Assembly (NCBI RefSeq): GCF_036321535.1
Contig: NC_087436.1
Location: forward strand, 119,042,001-119,106,000
Source of the DNA: Camelus dromedarius
Taxonomy: Eukaryota
Direction of reading: 5' to 3'
Length of the DNA stretch: 64,000 bases
The notes under the pieces are model-generated. The model was not told the origin of the DNA, did no database searches, and worked only from the letters and a program-made list of their open reading frames with translations. Numbering within the stretch: position 1 is the stretch's first letter; every line of letters begins with the position of its first letter. This document shows, piece after piece, positions 48,270-61,913 of the stretch. Both the position numbers and the translations under genes were made by a program.

Positions 48270-48620
48270 CTTCCCATCTCCTCCGATTCCAGCTCCTCCT
48301 TTAGATCCTAGAACTTGCTCAGGGCCCTGTCTCTCCCATATCCCCAACACCAGTCTCAACACCTGCACAAAGCAGGCACTGCGAGAGACATGCTGAATGA
48401 TGTCACTACTTTCAGGAAGCCTTCCCTGACTTCCCACCACCCCGGCCACACTGGGCAGCCCACCCAGCCCCTAGGCTTCTCCGCACCACAGTCCCAGTAC
48501 CCCCGTCGTCATCTCGTCTGTTTTGGGGACTCCTTGGGGCACAGATCTTGCCAGCCATATCCAGGGCCACATCCCCCACTCCCAGCGAAGCACTTGACAC
48601 ACAGCATGTGCTCAGTAAAT
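48270..48620 (+). mobile_element. L2 fragment
   Basis: atgtcactactttcaggaagccttccctgact...gcacttgacacacagcatgtgctcagtaaat. Confidence 0.6.
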
Positions 48621-51467
48621 TGCAGGCCGTCTGGGGGAACCAACGCGCAAAGATGGCTGCACCTCTAACGTACATTCTCTCAAACCCACCGGGGTCCCCC
48701 CGTCCTACACGGCCAGGCCTCTCCGCCTGGCTAAGTTCTCCTCTTCTGGGTGGTTCCTCTCCTAAACATCCCGTGCTTCCCAGCTAAACCCAGCTTCTCA
48801 CTGCAACAAATTCCATCTACAACGCGAACACTGAAGGTGCCTTCTCTTCCGTTTCCTAGATTTTCCATGTTCTCTGCAAAGGACAGGTATCGCCTCTGTT
48901 GAGAGGGTGGGAACGGGCAGGCCAGCTGGGGTGCAGGCCCCTTTGTTCCTTTTCTGTGAGCAGCCCTGGAGAAGGGGTCTCGGGTTATAAATCCAGCTGA
49001 GCCTGTTTTATGGAGAAGGTGCTGCACTGCTGATAGGTTTTTATAGCTGCCCGGTTACAAAGCCAAAGCATAATGAATTCTCAGCCACCTCCCGGGGCCT
49101 CAGCTGTCCCACGCCCGCCGCCAGGTTGGGGTGACCAGGCGGGGGGAGGAGAAAGGATGTTTTCTCCTTTGTGCCCCCCCACCCCCAAATACCCTTCACC
49201 CTGCCCCTCTGGCCCCAGTCTGCCGAGGGATTTGGATTGCTCTGGGGGCCCGATCAACAGTACCCCTGTTCCTGTCCATGTGTGAGATTCCCCAGAAGGG
49301 GAGAGAGGAGTCAGGCGCATAAAGTCAAGCTCAGCAGAACCCTGAATCCAGGGAAAGGCCCTCCCGGGGAGGACGGGGCGCAAGCCCTAATGCGAGTGGG
49401 ACTCGCTACCCTGGAACCCAGAAGTGGCCTCACACATGGCGCAGGCAGCACTGACCCAGCCCAGGCCTGTACTTGTCACAACGTGTCCCAAGCCCACAAA
49501 CCAGAGGGCCCCCGGCCCCCAGCCCCCGCCCAGGAGGAGCCTGTGACAGTGAGGGTAGAGGGGGTCAGGAAGAGCCCTCCCCCAGAACGAGGGCCCCCAG
49601 CAACCTGCACGTGTGACGGGAGGGACCAGGTCCCACTGCTCATCCAACATTGTTGAAAAAACAGACCTGTGCCTCCCTTACATGTACAAATGCATCCAGC
49701 CACCTCCTGCTGGCCTGGGGGCCACCTGTCCCTTCAGAATGACTTGCACGTCCTCCAATGACACTCCCAGCATGTGAACATGGGGCTTTAATTCTCAGGG
49801 CACAGCTGGCTCTCCCTCACTTCGCAGCTTCACTCTCGTCCCATCTCAGTCCTCCTGGATCGTCCCCCGGGGTCTTCATGGGACCCGGCTCCGGGGGTGT
49901 GGGCCTCATGCCCCAGCCCACCTCCGCTTACAGATGCCTTCGTTTCAGAGAACACACTGGCATCTGTGCGTCAAGGCAGAATCTTCATCCCACAAACGAG
50001 AAAACTGAGGCCCAGGGAGGACACACGGCTTCCCCAGCATCACACAGCCAGTCATCGGCAAGGCCTGGCCGTGCACAGGGGTCTCCAGGCCCAGCGCCAT
50101 CACCCGTCATCACACACAGCCCCTTACAAGGATGCCACTCCAACCCCTGAGTTTTTAGCCACTGCCCCAGTTTATCACCTGCCATCCAACTGTCCCCATA
50201 TGGACACACATATGTAGCCAGAAGTGCCCCAGTTTGGAGTGATGAAAATTGGGTCACTCGTAGGGAAGGTGCCAGAACAAGGCATGCCTGTGGTTCACAC
50301 GGTGGATCATGGGAGCTCCCAGCTCCAACAAAGGCTCCCAAGCCTGGGGCTCAGGAGCTCCCTGGAAGCAAAGTCATCAACCGAGTGCTTGGCATGAGGC
50401 CATGTGGGACCTGGGGGCCCTGCTGTCCCGCCTGATGTCCTGGCCCGACGGTCTCCTGGAGACGCAATTCACCCTCTGGCCCAGCGCTGATCATGACCCT
50501 CTTGGAACATCTTGGGACTGCAGGAGACCGCAGGGCTGAGCTGGCCATGCTGCCGCCCCTGCATGCTCGCTGCCCACTGCCTGCATGGGCTGCCCACACC
50601 CCCATGCCCAGCTCCAGCTCCTCATGGCCACACTACAGGATGCCCTTGGTGGTTAAAGGGTGGGGCTGGGATTGAGGTGGGTCAGAGCTGAAGGTCAAGG
50701 CCCTCAGAACCACCCTGGAGCATCCTTCCCTGGGATGCTGACAAGTGTGGACGGGCTGAGCGTGGCTCCCTTCACTTGGGGTTCCACTGCTCAGTGGGAA
50801 GACGAGATCAGATGGGACCGTTCTGAGTATCAGGTGCACCTAACATGTCATCTCAGCCCGCCCTTGAAGAGACCCCCAAGAGTCCTCTGGCCCTGTTTTA
50901 CAGCAGAAGATACAGAGGCACAATAGGGGCCACGGCAGGTCAACTGTACACAGGCAGTGGACGCAGAAGAAGGCTGGCCCCAGGGTGACCCAATCCTTCT
51001 CTGTGTCCTTCCACTCTGCAGATGCAAAAGCACCAAGGACCAAAAGCATGGAGGGAGGGGCCCTAAAGGGAAGGAGTGGAGTTTGAAGTCATTGGAAGGG
51101 CCCCAGTGTATGTACCCTAGCTCTGCCTCCTCCTGGCCAGGGGAAGTCTAACCTCTAGAACCCTCAGTTTCCTCATCTGTAAAATGGAGTGAACCATCAT
51201 CACCTCTGGGGCTGTTCACAACTCAGTAAGATGAGGTGCAAAAAAGAAAATGCCCTGGCTGGCAGGAGTGGGTGGTGGATCTGCCCACGCCACGCTCCCT
51301 GGTGGGGCAGAGGAGGGCCTCTGGGAAGCCATCCACTCAGGAGCACGTGTGTGAGGAGGCGCAGGGCGGAGTCCTTCCCCACCACTGTCTCCTGCACAAC
51401 AAGTCATCCTCGTGAGTTCGTCTTCTCCCCAGTGAACCTCAGGCTTTCAAAGATCTAACCTTCTCGC

Positions 51468-51930
51468 CAGCTGCACAACATGGATGAATCTAGAAGATAT
51501 TATGCTCGGTGAAACAAGACACAAAAGACAAACAGTGTGCGACTGCACTTAGACGAGGTCCCTAGAAGACGCAAATTCACAGGGACAGGGAACAGCTTGG
51601 AGGTTTCCAGGAGCGGAGGGAGGGGCGTTACTGCTTAATGGGGACAGAGCTTCGGTCCAAGTAGTAAAAGCATCTTGGAGCTGGATAGTGGTGATGGTTG
51701 CCCGACATTATGAATGCAATTAATGCCACTGAATTGTACACTTCAAAATCGTTGGAATGAAAAACAAATAAATGAAATGATTAGAATGGCAAATTTCACG
51801 TTTTATATATATCTTACCACAATTTTTAAAAAATTGAGTAATATGCAAAAAAAAAACCCCACTGAGTTACACACTTTAAATGAGTGAATTGTATGGTATA
51901 TGAATTATATCTTAATAAGGCTATTTTTTT
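51468..51930 (+). mobile_element. L1MB4/5-like 3' end
   Basis: acaacatggatgaatctagaagatattatgct...ggatagtggtgatggttgc...aatgccactgaattgtacactt...tttaaatgagtgaattgtatggtatatgaattatatcttaataa. Confidence 0.85.
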
Positions 51931-52899
51931 TTTAAATTGAAGGTGTGAATCCTGGCTTCTGGGGCCTCTGATTGACCAGGGTCTGAGGGGGCAGGCTGAG
52001 CCCTTCCACAGCGGCCAAACCAAGGTGCCTGCCTGTCCCGTGACCTGCACCCTGGTGGGCAGAGACTCCTTCCCTTAGCTTTGCAGATGCTCAAAGGAAA
52101 GGGGGCCCCCCCACACTTACTCTGAAGCCGGGGGCCTGGGGGAGCCTCTAATGTGGCCCCCTCCCCATCCCCAGAAGAGAAGGGCCTGGAAGGGAGAGGC
52201 CATTGCCTGGGACTCACAGCAATGATTTTAGATGGTCCTAAGGTCCACCTCTCGGTCAGAACAAGACAGGAAGAGAGCCCTCGCTGTGAGACTTGGCACG
52301 TCCCTACCCCGAGTTTCTGGCTCCCTATCTGTTGAATGGGGACAATGACAGAGTCCGTCCCAGGGACAATGCTGGACATTGCCCACCCAGCCCAGAGCAG
52401 GCACATGTGCACTCCTGCCAAACAGCAGGGCGGCTCCCTTCCCTTCCATCACATTCACCCAAAGAATAGTCCCCGTCACCCAGGGGTAGATGCCACGAGG
52501 GCTGTGTCTGGGACCAGGCCACCAGACTGTGATGGTTTCTAATAAAACTGCATCCTCAAGGCTGCGCAAATAAGATGATCCGGGAGGTCGGCGTGTCCTT
52601 AGAGTCAAACCAAGCAGAAACGCCAGCCTGCTCACCGGCCCCTTCTGCAGCCCCCCCCACCCCCGCAGGGGGCTAGAGCAAGCCCAGCCCCAGCCTAGGC
52701 CATCGTCCCAGATGTGGGCGTCGCACTGCACACCTGCAGCGGGGGAGGGCTGGGAGGGGGTGACTGACAGGCTGCACCTCAACCCGACCCCCGTTTGTAC
52801 TAGTAATTTCCGCCTGGTGCACATACACGGAGGCAGGTCTGCGGGAAATCTCGTCTGCCTCCTACAGAAAGCATTTACTCATCTCTTGTTTTCCGTATT

Positions 52900-53605
52900 T
52901 ATCTTCTCCAGTTTCATCAAGTTATAACTGACATAGACCACTGGGTAAGTTGAAGGTACACAATGTGTTGATTTGATACATTCATATTGTTGCAAAATGA
53001 TTACCACCATAGCTAACGCTTCCCTTCCATCAGATTCTTACCATTTCTTTCTTTGTGGTGCAAATTTTTAAGATCTACTTTCCTTGTAACTATATAATCA
53101 AATACATAATTTTTGATAATTAAAATTATCAAAATAAAAAGAATATGAAAATGAATATATGTATGCATATGCATGACCGGGACATTGTGCCGTACACCAG
53201 AAACTGACACATTATAACTGACTACATGTCAATAAAAATTTTGTTTTAATTAAAATTATCAAAATAATCAGGTCTATATAATTTTGTATATATACAAAAT
53301 ACATAATACAGTATTAACTACAGTCACCAGGCTTTAGATTATATTACATATTATAGATTATATTATATGATTTATAGATTATACATTGTATCCCCAGAAT
53401 TTACTCTTCTTATAACTAGATGCTCTGACCAACATCCCTCGGTTTCCCTACTCCCAGTCCCTGGAAACTACCATTCTAGCCCCTGTTTCTCTGAGTTTGG
53501 CTTTTCGAGATTCCACATGTTAAGTGAGATCGCATGGTATTTGTCTTTCTGTCTGACTTCACTTCGCACGATGCCCTCAAGTTTCATCCACACTGTCGCA
53601 AACTC
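52900..53605 (-). mobile_element. L1MA-like 3' end with nested younger insertion
   Basis: aaggtacacaatgtgttgatttgataca...tgcaaaatgattaccaccatagcta...agattccacatgttaagtgagatcgcatggtatttgtctttctgtctgact. Confidence 0.85.
53138..53246 (+). mobile_element. Extremely 5'-truncated camelid L1 3' tip with TSD
   Basis: aaagaatatgaaaatgaatatatgtatgcatatgcatgaccgggacattgtgccgtacaccagaaactgacacatt...aataaa; flanked by TAATTAAAATTATCAAAATAA at 53117-53137 and 53247-53267. Confidence 0.88.
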
Positions 53606-53829
53606 TGTGTTGAAATAAAGTTACAGGATGCCTTTCATATTTCTGAACAGAGAAATGGTCAGGAGGACAAGTCCTCTGCTTCCCCTGACTGGTCAGGAGG
53701 ACACGGGAGACGCAGCAGCTCCAAGGTCAGACACAGCCACGTGCAGACCTTGGCTCAGCCGGCTGTCTGCAGCAGACCACGCTCCTCAGAGGGGGTCACA
53801 GCACCGTCTCCCATCCCATCTGCTCTCCA

Positions 53830-54298
53830 CACTGTGATGCTGCCTTTCCCAAATCCAAGGTTGGAATCTAACACCCCTTCAACCTGGGCCAGCCTGTGAC
53901 TTGACTGAAAAAAGTCACACAACTGGTGAGTGAGACTCTGAGGTCAGCAGGTCAAGGTGCCGCACCTGGTCCCTGGGGTGCTTGATTTGGGAAAGACAGT
54001 CGCCACCCAAGGAGTCCCAGTGCCCTGAGACTGCCACGCAGGAGAGGTCACATCGATGGTCTCTGGGGAGCCCAGCCTCCCAGCCAGCCCCACCACACGC
54101 AAAACATGCGAGTAAAACCATCTGGGACCCTCCAGGCCAGCCCACCCATCAGCTTAGAAAGGAGACCCAGAAGCTGCCACGTACTATAGGTTTGCCCAAA
54201 TTTCTGACCCACAGAAGCCAGGGGACGTAACAAAATGGCTGTCGTCCTAGGTCACTGAATTTACAGTGGTTTGTTACGTAGTAATAGTAACCATGACA
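53830..54298 (+). mobile_element. MLT1H/G-like MaLR LTR
   Basis: agcccagcctcccagcc...gaccctccaggccagccca...gcccaaatttctgacccacagaa...gtggtttgttacgtagtaatagtaaccatgaca. Confidence 0.7.
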
Positions 54299-54299
54299 C

Positions 54300-54455
54300 C
54301 ACCATGTGACTTTGGGCGTGCGACCTGACCTCTCTGGGGTTCTGTTTCCTGGTCTATAAAAGGAGGTCATTCTCACCACCTCCCAGAGTGGGTATAAAGT
54401 TCCAGTGAGATCATGAAACATATGTCTCGTGACATTGTAGCAGTCAAGAAATGGT
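54300..54455 (+). mobile_element. MIR SINE
   Basis: tgtgactttgggc...acctctctggggttctgtttcctggtctataaaagg...accacctcccagagtg. Confidence 0.65.
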
Positions 54456-56169
54456 AGCCTCCCTCCCCATCACCATCATCATTATTTTATCACGAAGACA
54501 AAACAGTCGTACATGCGGAGAAAGGTTCACAGCACGACGATTCTGCTCCCGCACAGCCAAAACCCCACCACCCATCAGACACACATCATGAGACAGTGGA
54601 CACAGCCGTAAGTCACCATGTCCTGGAGCTGAAATTGATCCTTTTTTTATTTTAAAGCAAGAGAGACAGAGACTGATGGGTTTGCTGTGATCTATAGATT
54701 ACTCCAAAGCTGTGTTACACATAAAGAATTACTCTTTTAAAGATCACTCATATGAAATTTTTTGGTAAATTTTATTTTTAGTTTAGTCAACATGATATTC
54801 GAATCTTAATTCAAGCCCGTTAGAAACACTCCTATCCTTTCACCAAGAAACTGCATTCCCAGATACCCAGAGGCGGGAAAAACCCGAAACACACGGAAAT
54901 GGACGTTCCCAAGGGTGCGCTTCACATCTTTATATGAAAAACCCAAAGCTGGGAAAACGGTGTCCAAGAGTGGGAGGTCTCCCACCTCTACGGCCCTTTC
55001 TCACCTCCAAGCTCCTGTCCGTAACACCCCCCCCCCTGCTGGGATGCCTCCTCCCCAGCTCCTGGCTGCCCTGCTGGGCCAGCTGAGCCGCTGCCCCGGA
55101 CTCAGCCACTCTGCCCATCTGCTCCCAGGCTGCGACAGGACCCACTGCATCCCAGCTCCCATCACACTGTATTACAGTCATCTGTTTATGTCTCCTTGGT
55201 TCCAGAGGTTCTCAAGGGAAGGGCTGGGACCTAGACCTCCTCTTTCTTGCATCCCCCTTTCCCACCCACATATCCGCTGCAGGCCATCAACCCCAGTCTG
55301 ATGGATGAATCCATACGTAGTTATTGAATAAATAATTGTATCTACTACATGGATTATCATGCAGCCATTAAAACTGTTTACTTGGAGTATGTAATGATAT
55401 GCGGGAATGTTTCAGCATGCTACATATTTTAAAAGAAAGAAAACTGTATTTACATTACAATCTTCAGTGGGGCAGTAGGAAAAAATAAAACAAAACTGGA
55501 ACAATGTTTCTAGGGCAGTGGAACCGAGGATGTTACTTTTTCCCCTTCTTTATTCTACTTTTTGCATTTCCAAACGTTTCTGTAACTAGCTAAAACAGAA
55601 ATAAAATTAAAATCTTACAAGGAGCATCTTAAGATTCATGCATATTAGCTCCCAGGCTAAGATGACGTGGCACACATTATGATGATGGATTTATATTTGC
55701 ACAGCTTCAATAAAGAGTCTTACCTCTCCTTAGGGAAAATATTCAGGTTTTTTTAAAAATCACCTTTCACACTGAAAATCGAAGTAGGAACCACAATCAT
55801 TCGGCCCCCGACTCCTTCAGCCAGTTCATTCCCTGATGGATTGTTCCCAAAGCAGGCAGGCTGGCTGGAGGTCTGCTGGGTGAACACAGTGGAGGGAAGG
55901 CGTGTGCCCCTCTCAGTGGTCCATTGGCTGCCTGGTCATTTCTGCAGGGAGGAATTTAAGTCACTCCATAGTTTCGAGCTGCCAATTTCAATAAGGAGGA
56001 TATTGACTGGAATCCTCTAGCCACGGTTTAACGTCACCATGGCTTTGACGCGTGGAAGGGCCACATAGCGTAGACATGGCCCATTTGGCATGAGTGTGGG
56101 GAGTTCTCACACTGCACAACTGTGGGGGAGCCTAACAATGATTGTGTAAGCTGAAGCAAGTCACAGCAA

Positions 56170-57015
56170 TCTAAATAATCAATGCAGAAATTACCAACGT
56201 CCATGACCTCTAAGAAGCTTTGTGAAGACATTATTGATGGTTATAAGTGTACAGGGAATAAAAAACAGTAAAACTAATATTCTGTAAGTAATGGTTTTAT
56301 AATTACATGGTCACTTGAAACATTAGACACACTGCGAATGCAAGTGTTTTCTTTCTTTTTAAAACATGTTATCAAGACTAGTTCCAACAGTGCTGGCTTC
56401 TTCTGCTTGTTGGATGACTTAACGACACTGGGCAAACATCTTTCCGTGCCTTGGAGAATTGCCTTTCTAAGTTTAGATAGGCTTCCAAGATTCTATCCTC
56501 TGCACTTTCAACATTGTGAAATATTGCCGAGTTCCCTTAACACGAAGTGTGTTGCCAGCGTCACTCCCTCCGGGACATCTTCTTCCTTTTGCCACAGGCA
56601 CTTCCTCATTTACGTCGGTAGGTTCACCTTCTCTTGGGTCCCCCGGCTGAGTATCAGGGTGTCCGACAGCCACAGGTCCAACATCCCCAGGACCAGCGAT
56701 TTCCCCTGTGACTCCTTTTACGTTCAGTGCTAATCCCCCTCCAGCATTATTGTTTTGTTGTTGTTTTGCTTACCACCATCTTTGGGGGCCAGTTCCCGCT
56801 TTTGACTGTCCATTTCTGTAAAACGTCACATGGGTTTACCACCAGGAGACAAGGAGGCGACATCACTACCTTTTCCGCTGTGTGTGCATGAACTAACAGA
56901 CACACAGGGACCAACCAGCAACAGACTCTGAAAGCAGCGACTTGGTCACAGATCACAATGCTCATCTGATTTACTTAGTGATTTGCGGACTGGAAAGTGA
57001 CTGGCAAAGGTTGAA
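56170..57015 (-). mobile_element. TcMar-Tigger element (MER82-like) with degenerate transposase C-terminal remnant
   Basis: Antisense reads ...gtaaatgaggaagtgcctgtggcaaaaggaagaagatgtcccggagggagtgacgctggcaaca...aagggaactcggcaatatttcacaatgttgaaagtgcagaggatagaatcttggaagcc..., matching recalled MER82/Tigger sequence. Confidence 0.7.
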
Positions 57016-57449
57016 CTTGATCAATTACTCAAGGCTACCATTCCGTGGTAGCTGAAATCTGGACTGTGTGGTTGGGGGACCGGCATTACTGAACTCAGTT
57101 GTGGTGACTGTAATCTGCACATACTGGAACCGTGGAAAGCAAAGACTGCCTACACTCAGGGAACTTGGCCAGGAGAGGCTAGGTAATTGGGAAAAAAAAA
57201 AAAAAAAAAGACTGCTCTGGGGTCAGATTTGAAGATCTGTTCACTCATTCAACCATGCAAACACACATTTACCCAGCACCCAGTGGGTACCAGGTGGATA
57301 CTGGGTGCTGAGCTGTGTACAGCGGAAGCAGGCATGCCCAAAAAAGGTATCCACTGATGTCGCATGGGACAGGACTCCGGGTCCTATGTTTCAGAAGGGC
57401 CAGGTTCTAGTCCTATCTTAAGATCCGAGCTGAGTCACCTCCTGGCTGG

Positions 57450-57760
57450 GACTGGGAATTAGGGTTCTTGAGTTATAAGGAACAGAAATTGACACAAGCC
57501 ATCATAAGCAACAAGGAAGTTACGGGAAGGTCCTGAGGGAGCCACAGAATCTAGAAGAGAGCGCAGCAGCTGGACACGGGGGCTCAGAAGGAGCAGGAAA
57601 GGAGCAGGACTGAGAATTCAATGTCGGGGAGCTATGACTACTCCAGTTACCAGTGCTGTGTATCATATCACCTCCAGACTCAATGGCTTCAAACAGAAAC
57701 CATTTATTTGCTCACGAGTCTGCAATGTGGGCAGCTCTTGGTGGAGGTGGTGTGCACCGC
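57450..57760 (-). mobile_element. Old MaLR (MLT1) LTR fragments
   Basis: ttagggttcttgagttataaggaacagaaattgac; caatggcttcaaacagaaaccatttatttgctcacgagtctgca. Confidence 0.55.
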
Positions 57761-57929
57761 TGGACCCCCCACCCAGCATCTCTGAGTTGATGAGGGATGA
57801 GAAGGGGTCCTGGAAGGAAAAAGGGGCACACCCAGGGGATTCCCGGGATCCAGGCAAACTTCCATCAGCCTCCAGTCCCATCAGGCAACTGGGATCTAGA
57901 CAGGGATTAGGGCGACAATGAGGGTGATA

Positions 57930-58500
57930 CCGCGATCCTTACAAAACAGTAACAAATATCTTCAGCAAATCAGTGGTCTGAGAATGGGATGGAGGACTGG
58001 TCTCGATCAGAGAAGACTTAAGAAACAGAACAACCAACACAGAGGCAGGACTTTAGACCCTGGGTCAAACCAACCAACCATAAAAAGACATTTTTAAGAC
58101 AACTGGGGGCATCGCTAAGATGAACCAGAATTAATCAGTTTGTCTGTTTACTTATTTTTCTGTTGAAGTATAGTTGACCTACTCAGACAGACCACAGTTC
58201 AGATCAGAAGGAGTTAGCAGGCATTTTGTTAGGGGAGACAGTGGTGCTTGGTTATGTAAGAAATGCCCTCACCTTTCCGAGACGCCTACTGATGTCAGGG
58301 ACAGGAGTCTGGAATTTGCTTAAAATTTCTTAAGCCAAAAGAATAGGAAAATAAATAAATAAACTACAGCAAAATCTTGAGAGCAGCTGAAAAGCAAGGG
58401 GATGGACGAGGAGCAATTCAGTATATTATTTTCTCTACTTTAGTACATATTTGAAAGTTTTCATTAAAACTTTATTGAAATTGTAAAAAAAAAAAAAAAA
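57930..58500 (+). mobile_element. Old L1 (L1MC/ME-like) 3' UTR
   Basis: aaaagacatttttaagacaactggggg...ggagtctggaatttgcttaaaattt...cagtatattattttctctactttagtacatatttgaaagttttcattaaa plus poly-A. Confidence 0.75.
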
Positions 58501-59369
58501 AGCCGATAATGACAATACGAGTAGCTCTCTTTTACTGAAATGTAAGCACAATGCGTACATTATTTTACTTAATACAGATGGGGAAGGTGCTTCAGGGGCT
58601 GATGAAACTGCCAAAAGCTCACAGCTGGGCCAGACCAGAGCTCAGCCCCGGCAGCCCCAGGGGTCTGGGCTGCAAGCTCTGCAGGGCATGGGGGACAGGG
58701 GACAGGAGGATGTAGGAGGCAGGCCAGCCCAGAGGAGAACCTGGGCCTGCAGTTGGAGATCCCATCCCTGCTTGGGGCAGCCGGAGCCTCTGAGAATCCT
58801 TTGTTCTGCCTCAATGTGCCATTCAGCCCGGGGTTTTGGAGGACAATGGATCCCGCTGTGCAAGGAGGCAGTGCCAGTCCTGGGCCGCACAGCGGCTCCC
58901 AGGTGGGCCTTGGTCCCCGGAGCAGGCTGGCAACTACATTCTGGGCTCAGGCAGAGGAGCTCAAACACTGTCAGGGGACAAGCACATGTCACTTTGCACA
59001 TGCTATTCCTCTTGCCTGAAAGGTACTAGAATATTGCATCCTAACATGCCATCACTGTAAACCTGGGAATACCTCTCCCTTCAGTGCCAAAGCACCTGTC
59101 CCCTGTAGAGCTAGGGCCATCCCCTCCCCAGCTACCGATGCAGTGGAGGGGATCCCTTATCCCACTGACCCACCTGGAGTGCCATCACTCACACACGGCT
59201 GTGACAGATGCAGTGCTGTGTATCCAGCACATGCTCCGTGCCAGGCAGTCCTGGGTTCAAATCACAAGAAGCCAGGTGCAAAACCAGCACTGAATGGGCC
59301 ACCGGCCCCTGCCTCGTTGGTCCGACCAGGCAACGTGGAGGTCAGGGGTGTGGGTTCTGCAAGCAGGTG

Positions 59370-59560
59370 GCCCACATTCAAAACCCAGCTCTGTTCCTTA
59401 CAAACCATGTGATGCTGGGCAAGTGCCCGAGCCTCAGTTTTCTCCTTGTAAAATGGGGATCACGCACACACACTGGGTTTTGTGAGGATCCCATAAGATG
59501 ACGCATTTAGCATCACATCTGGCATGAGGATGTGCTCAATAAATGGTCAATTATTATAAT
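59370..59560 (+). mobile_element. MIR SINE
   Basis: ttcaaaacccagctctg...gagcctcagttttctccttgtaaaatgggga...gtgctcaataaatgg. Confidence 0.8.
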
Positions 59561-60529
59561 GGCTATTATGTTTATTCTAAAATTATTTAATACTAAAGAC
59601 CAGGGTCATTTTGTTGGAGGGTTGACTGGTGAGGGGTCTCTTTGTAGGACCTGGTTTAACTAACAGGACTCCCCAGGGAGCTGTGGGGCTCATGGATTCC
59701 ACCAGCAACTCCAAGACTCCACCCTGTGTCAGCCCACCCTCACAGGTATCCAAGACCCTGGGAGAGGTGGCCCACGTTTCAAGGGCACAGCCTGGCTTGT
59801 GTCCACAAAATGAAACCAAGAGTGTGGGGCTCTAAAAGCAGTGCCTTTTGGGACCTGGGCAGTAAGACTGGGGAGGGGGTGTCAGGTGGGCGAGGAGCCA
59901 TCCTGGAGATCAAGGACCAGGGAGAACCTCTTCTCCATGACAAAAGGGAGAACCAGGGGTGGAGACTATGAAGGCTCATGGGAAGACAGCATCACCAAGC
60001 AGAGCCCATGCGGACCAGGTGCTGAGTGGGTGTGGGTGCCCCAGAGAGGAAGGGCCCGAGAGATGCTCCCGAGCTTGTCCGGACAGCAGGGCAGTGGTTA
60101 AGGCTGGGGACCCACCCTTCTTTCTGCCAGCCCTTCTCCCCTTCACTCCCAGGACTCCTTTGGGTCTGTGACTCCAAAGCTCTCCTGTTAAGATGCTGGG
60201 TGCCCCTTGGGACCCTGGCCTCAGCTCTCTTCTCCCTTTCCTCCCTCCCCTACCTCACCCTCCCTGCCCCAGGGACGTGGGCTGCTTCTGTGCTGAGCAC
60301 ACAGCAGGCGCTCCAGAAGTATTTGTTGACTAAACAAATAAGTGAATGACCTTGTTCTTTACTGTTGTATGTCCAGCACCTAACATCCCCTCGGCACATA
60401 AGAGGGGTCTGTAAATGTCTGCTGAACAAAAGGGGGGAAAGTGTGCAACCTCACTGGTATTCAGATATGAATTAAAATAATTTTTTAACCTATGCTATTT
60501 GCAGAGGTCAAGCAAATTAGAATACCTAA

Positions 60530-60820
60530 TACTTATCAGCACATGGTAAAAGAGAAACTTTCTGGAGAATAATTTGGCAATGTGTGTCAAGAACATTAAA
60601 CATGTTCATAATTTTTACATAAAATTGCATTTGCAGGGCTCTCTCCGAAGAAAATTATTCCAGAGGTAGGGGGAGGGTATCTTCCCACACACATAGCGTT
60701 CCTTCCCTCAGTGTTAGTTACAACATGAAAAAAAGCAACCTAATTATCTGACAACAGGGGTTGATGAGCTGAACTATGACACCTATCACAGGAAGAGTGT
60801 GCAGCCAATAAAATGATGGA
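60530..60820 (+). mobile_element. L1ME-like fragment
   Basis: ctttctggagaataatttggcaatgtgtgtcaagaacattaaacatgttcata...gcaacctaattatctgacaacagggg. Confidence 0.6.
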
Positions 60821-61913
60821 ATCTGGGGGCAGGGGCTGACGGAACCAGTTACACACCCCTCTTCTCTGCTAGGACTTGAGAACTCACAGGGAAGAACAAG
60901 TGGGACCTCAAAAAAAAAATCTGTCTTAATGCTAAACTTGTGGGGGTGGGGATGAGCTAGGGACCCCTACTCCACTGCCCCTCCCCTTGGGCCTGTGGGG
61001 AGAGATAGGTCTCAAGGCTGCATTCTGAAAGGAGGGAACCGTAAGCCAGTTCTTGGAAAAGCCTGCGGGGTGAGGGGCCCCACGGTGGAGACGAAGTAGG
61101 AACCTTTAATACTGTAGCTCCGCCCAACAGGGAAAAAACTGTCCAATGGGCGACACATTCTCATTCATTTCACCAATCACAAAAGCCAAGAGGGTGGGAG
61201 GCGGGGCCAAGGAGTTCCCCATCCCAGGAATTCCAGGCTTCCCCCTTCCGTGAAACAGGGCCAGCTCTAGCACTTGCGAGGCCCAGCGCAAACTGAAAAT
61301 GCAGAGAAAAGAAGTCGGGAAAAGCGTCATTGAAGGTACAACAATATAAAGGGTTCTCATTTTTGCCATGCGTTGCCTCACGTATTTGCTATTTAATGCC
61401 AACTGGAAAAATGAAAAAAAAGTTTAATTTTTTGGCATTAATTTTATAGCTCATTCTATTGTGCAATTCCAGTTTTAAATACAAATAGAAGAGCATGGAA
61501 GCGGAACGCAGAATCACGAAATCCACAATTCGTCCCTGGTAGCTCCTTCATGTGAACGGACCTAGTTCTTACCGGAGTGGTGGAAACACTGTGAAACCAA
61601 CTCATCTGTTTTTATTTCACCTTTCGATGCTCACACATTCTAGACACACATCTCTACCCTCCGCTCAATGATGAATAGGGTTGAAGGAACAGGAACCATG
61701 GCTGTCTTATCTTTCCCTTTCTTTGGTGTCATCATTTTCAGCATCAGTGATTAGCTAGCCCAGAGATGTCACGTGAGTAACAAAGGATATGAGAGGGTTC
61801 CTTGGTCCTTGTGCTTCTTAGAATGTCACTGGCTTCTTTCCACATTCAAAACAAGTTCTGGTTCAAACGAAAGCATGGCTTCTCTGGGCTGTCAGTGTCC
61901 CTGCTTATGCAAC

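Noticed and set aside
51720..51930. Apparent duplicated L1 3' terminus
   Set aside because: As I recall, this doubled end is part of the L1MB4/5-type consensus rather than a local event.
56338..56733. 131-aa ORF as a domesticated transposase
   Set aside because: It is antisense to the Tigger remnant, and the sense-strand transposase frame is fragmented.
57274..57310. 11-bp stem CAGCACCCAGT/ACTGGGTGCTG
   Set aside because: Lies in an L2 3' end remnant, where such self-complementarity is common.
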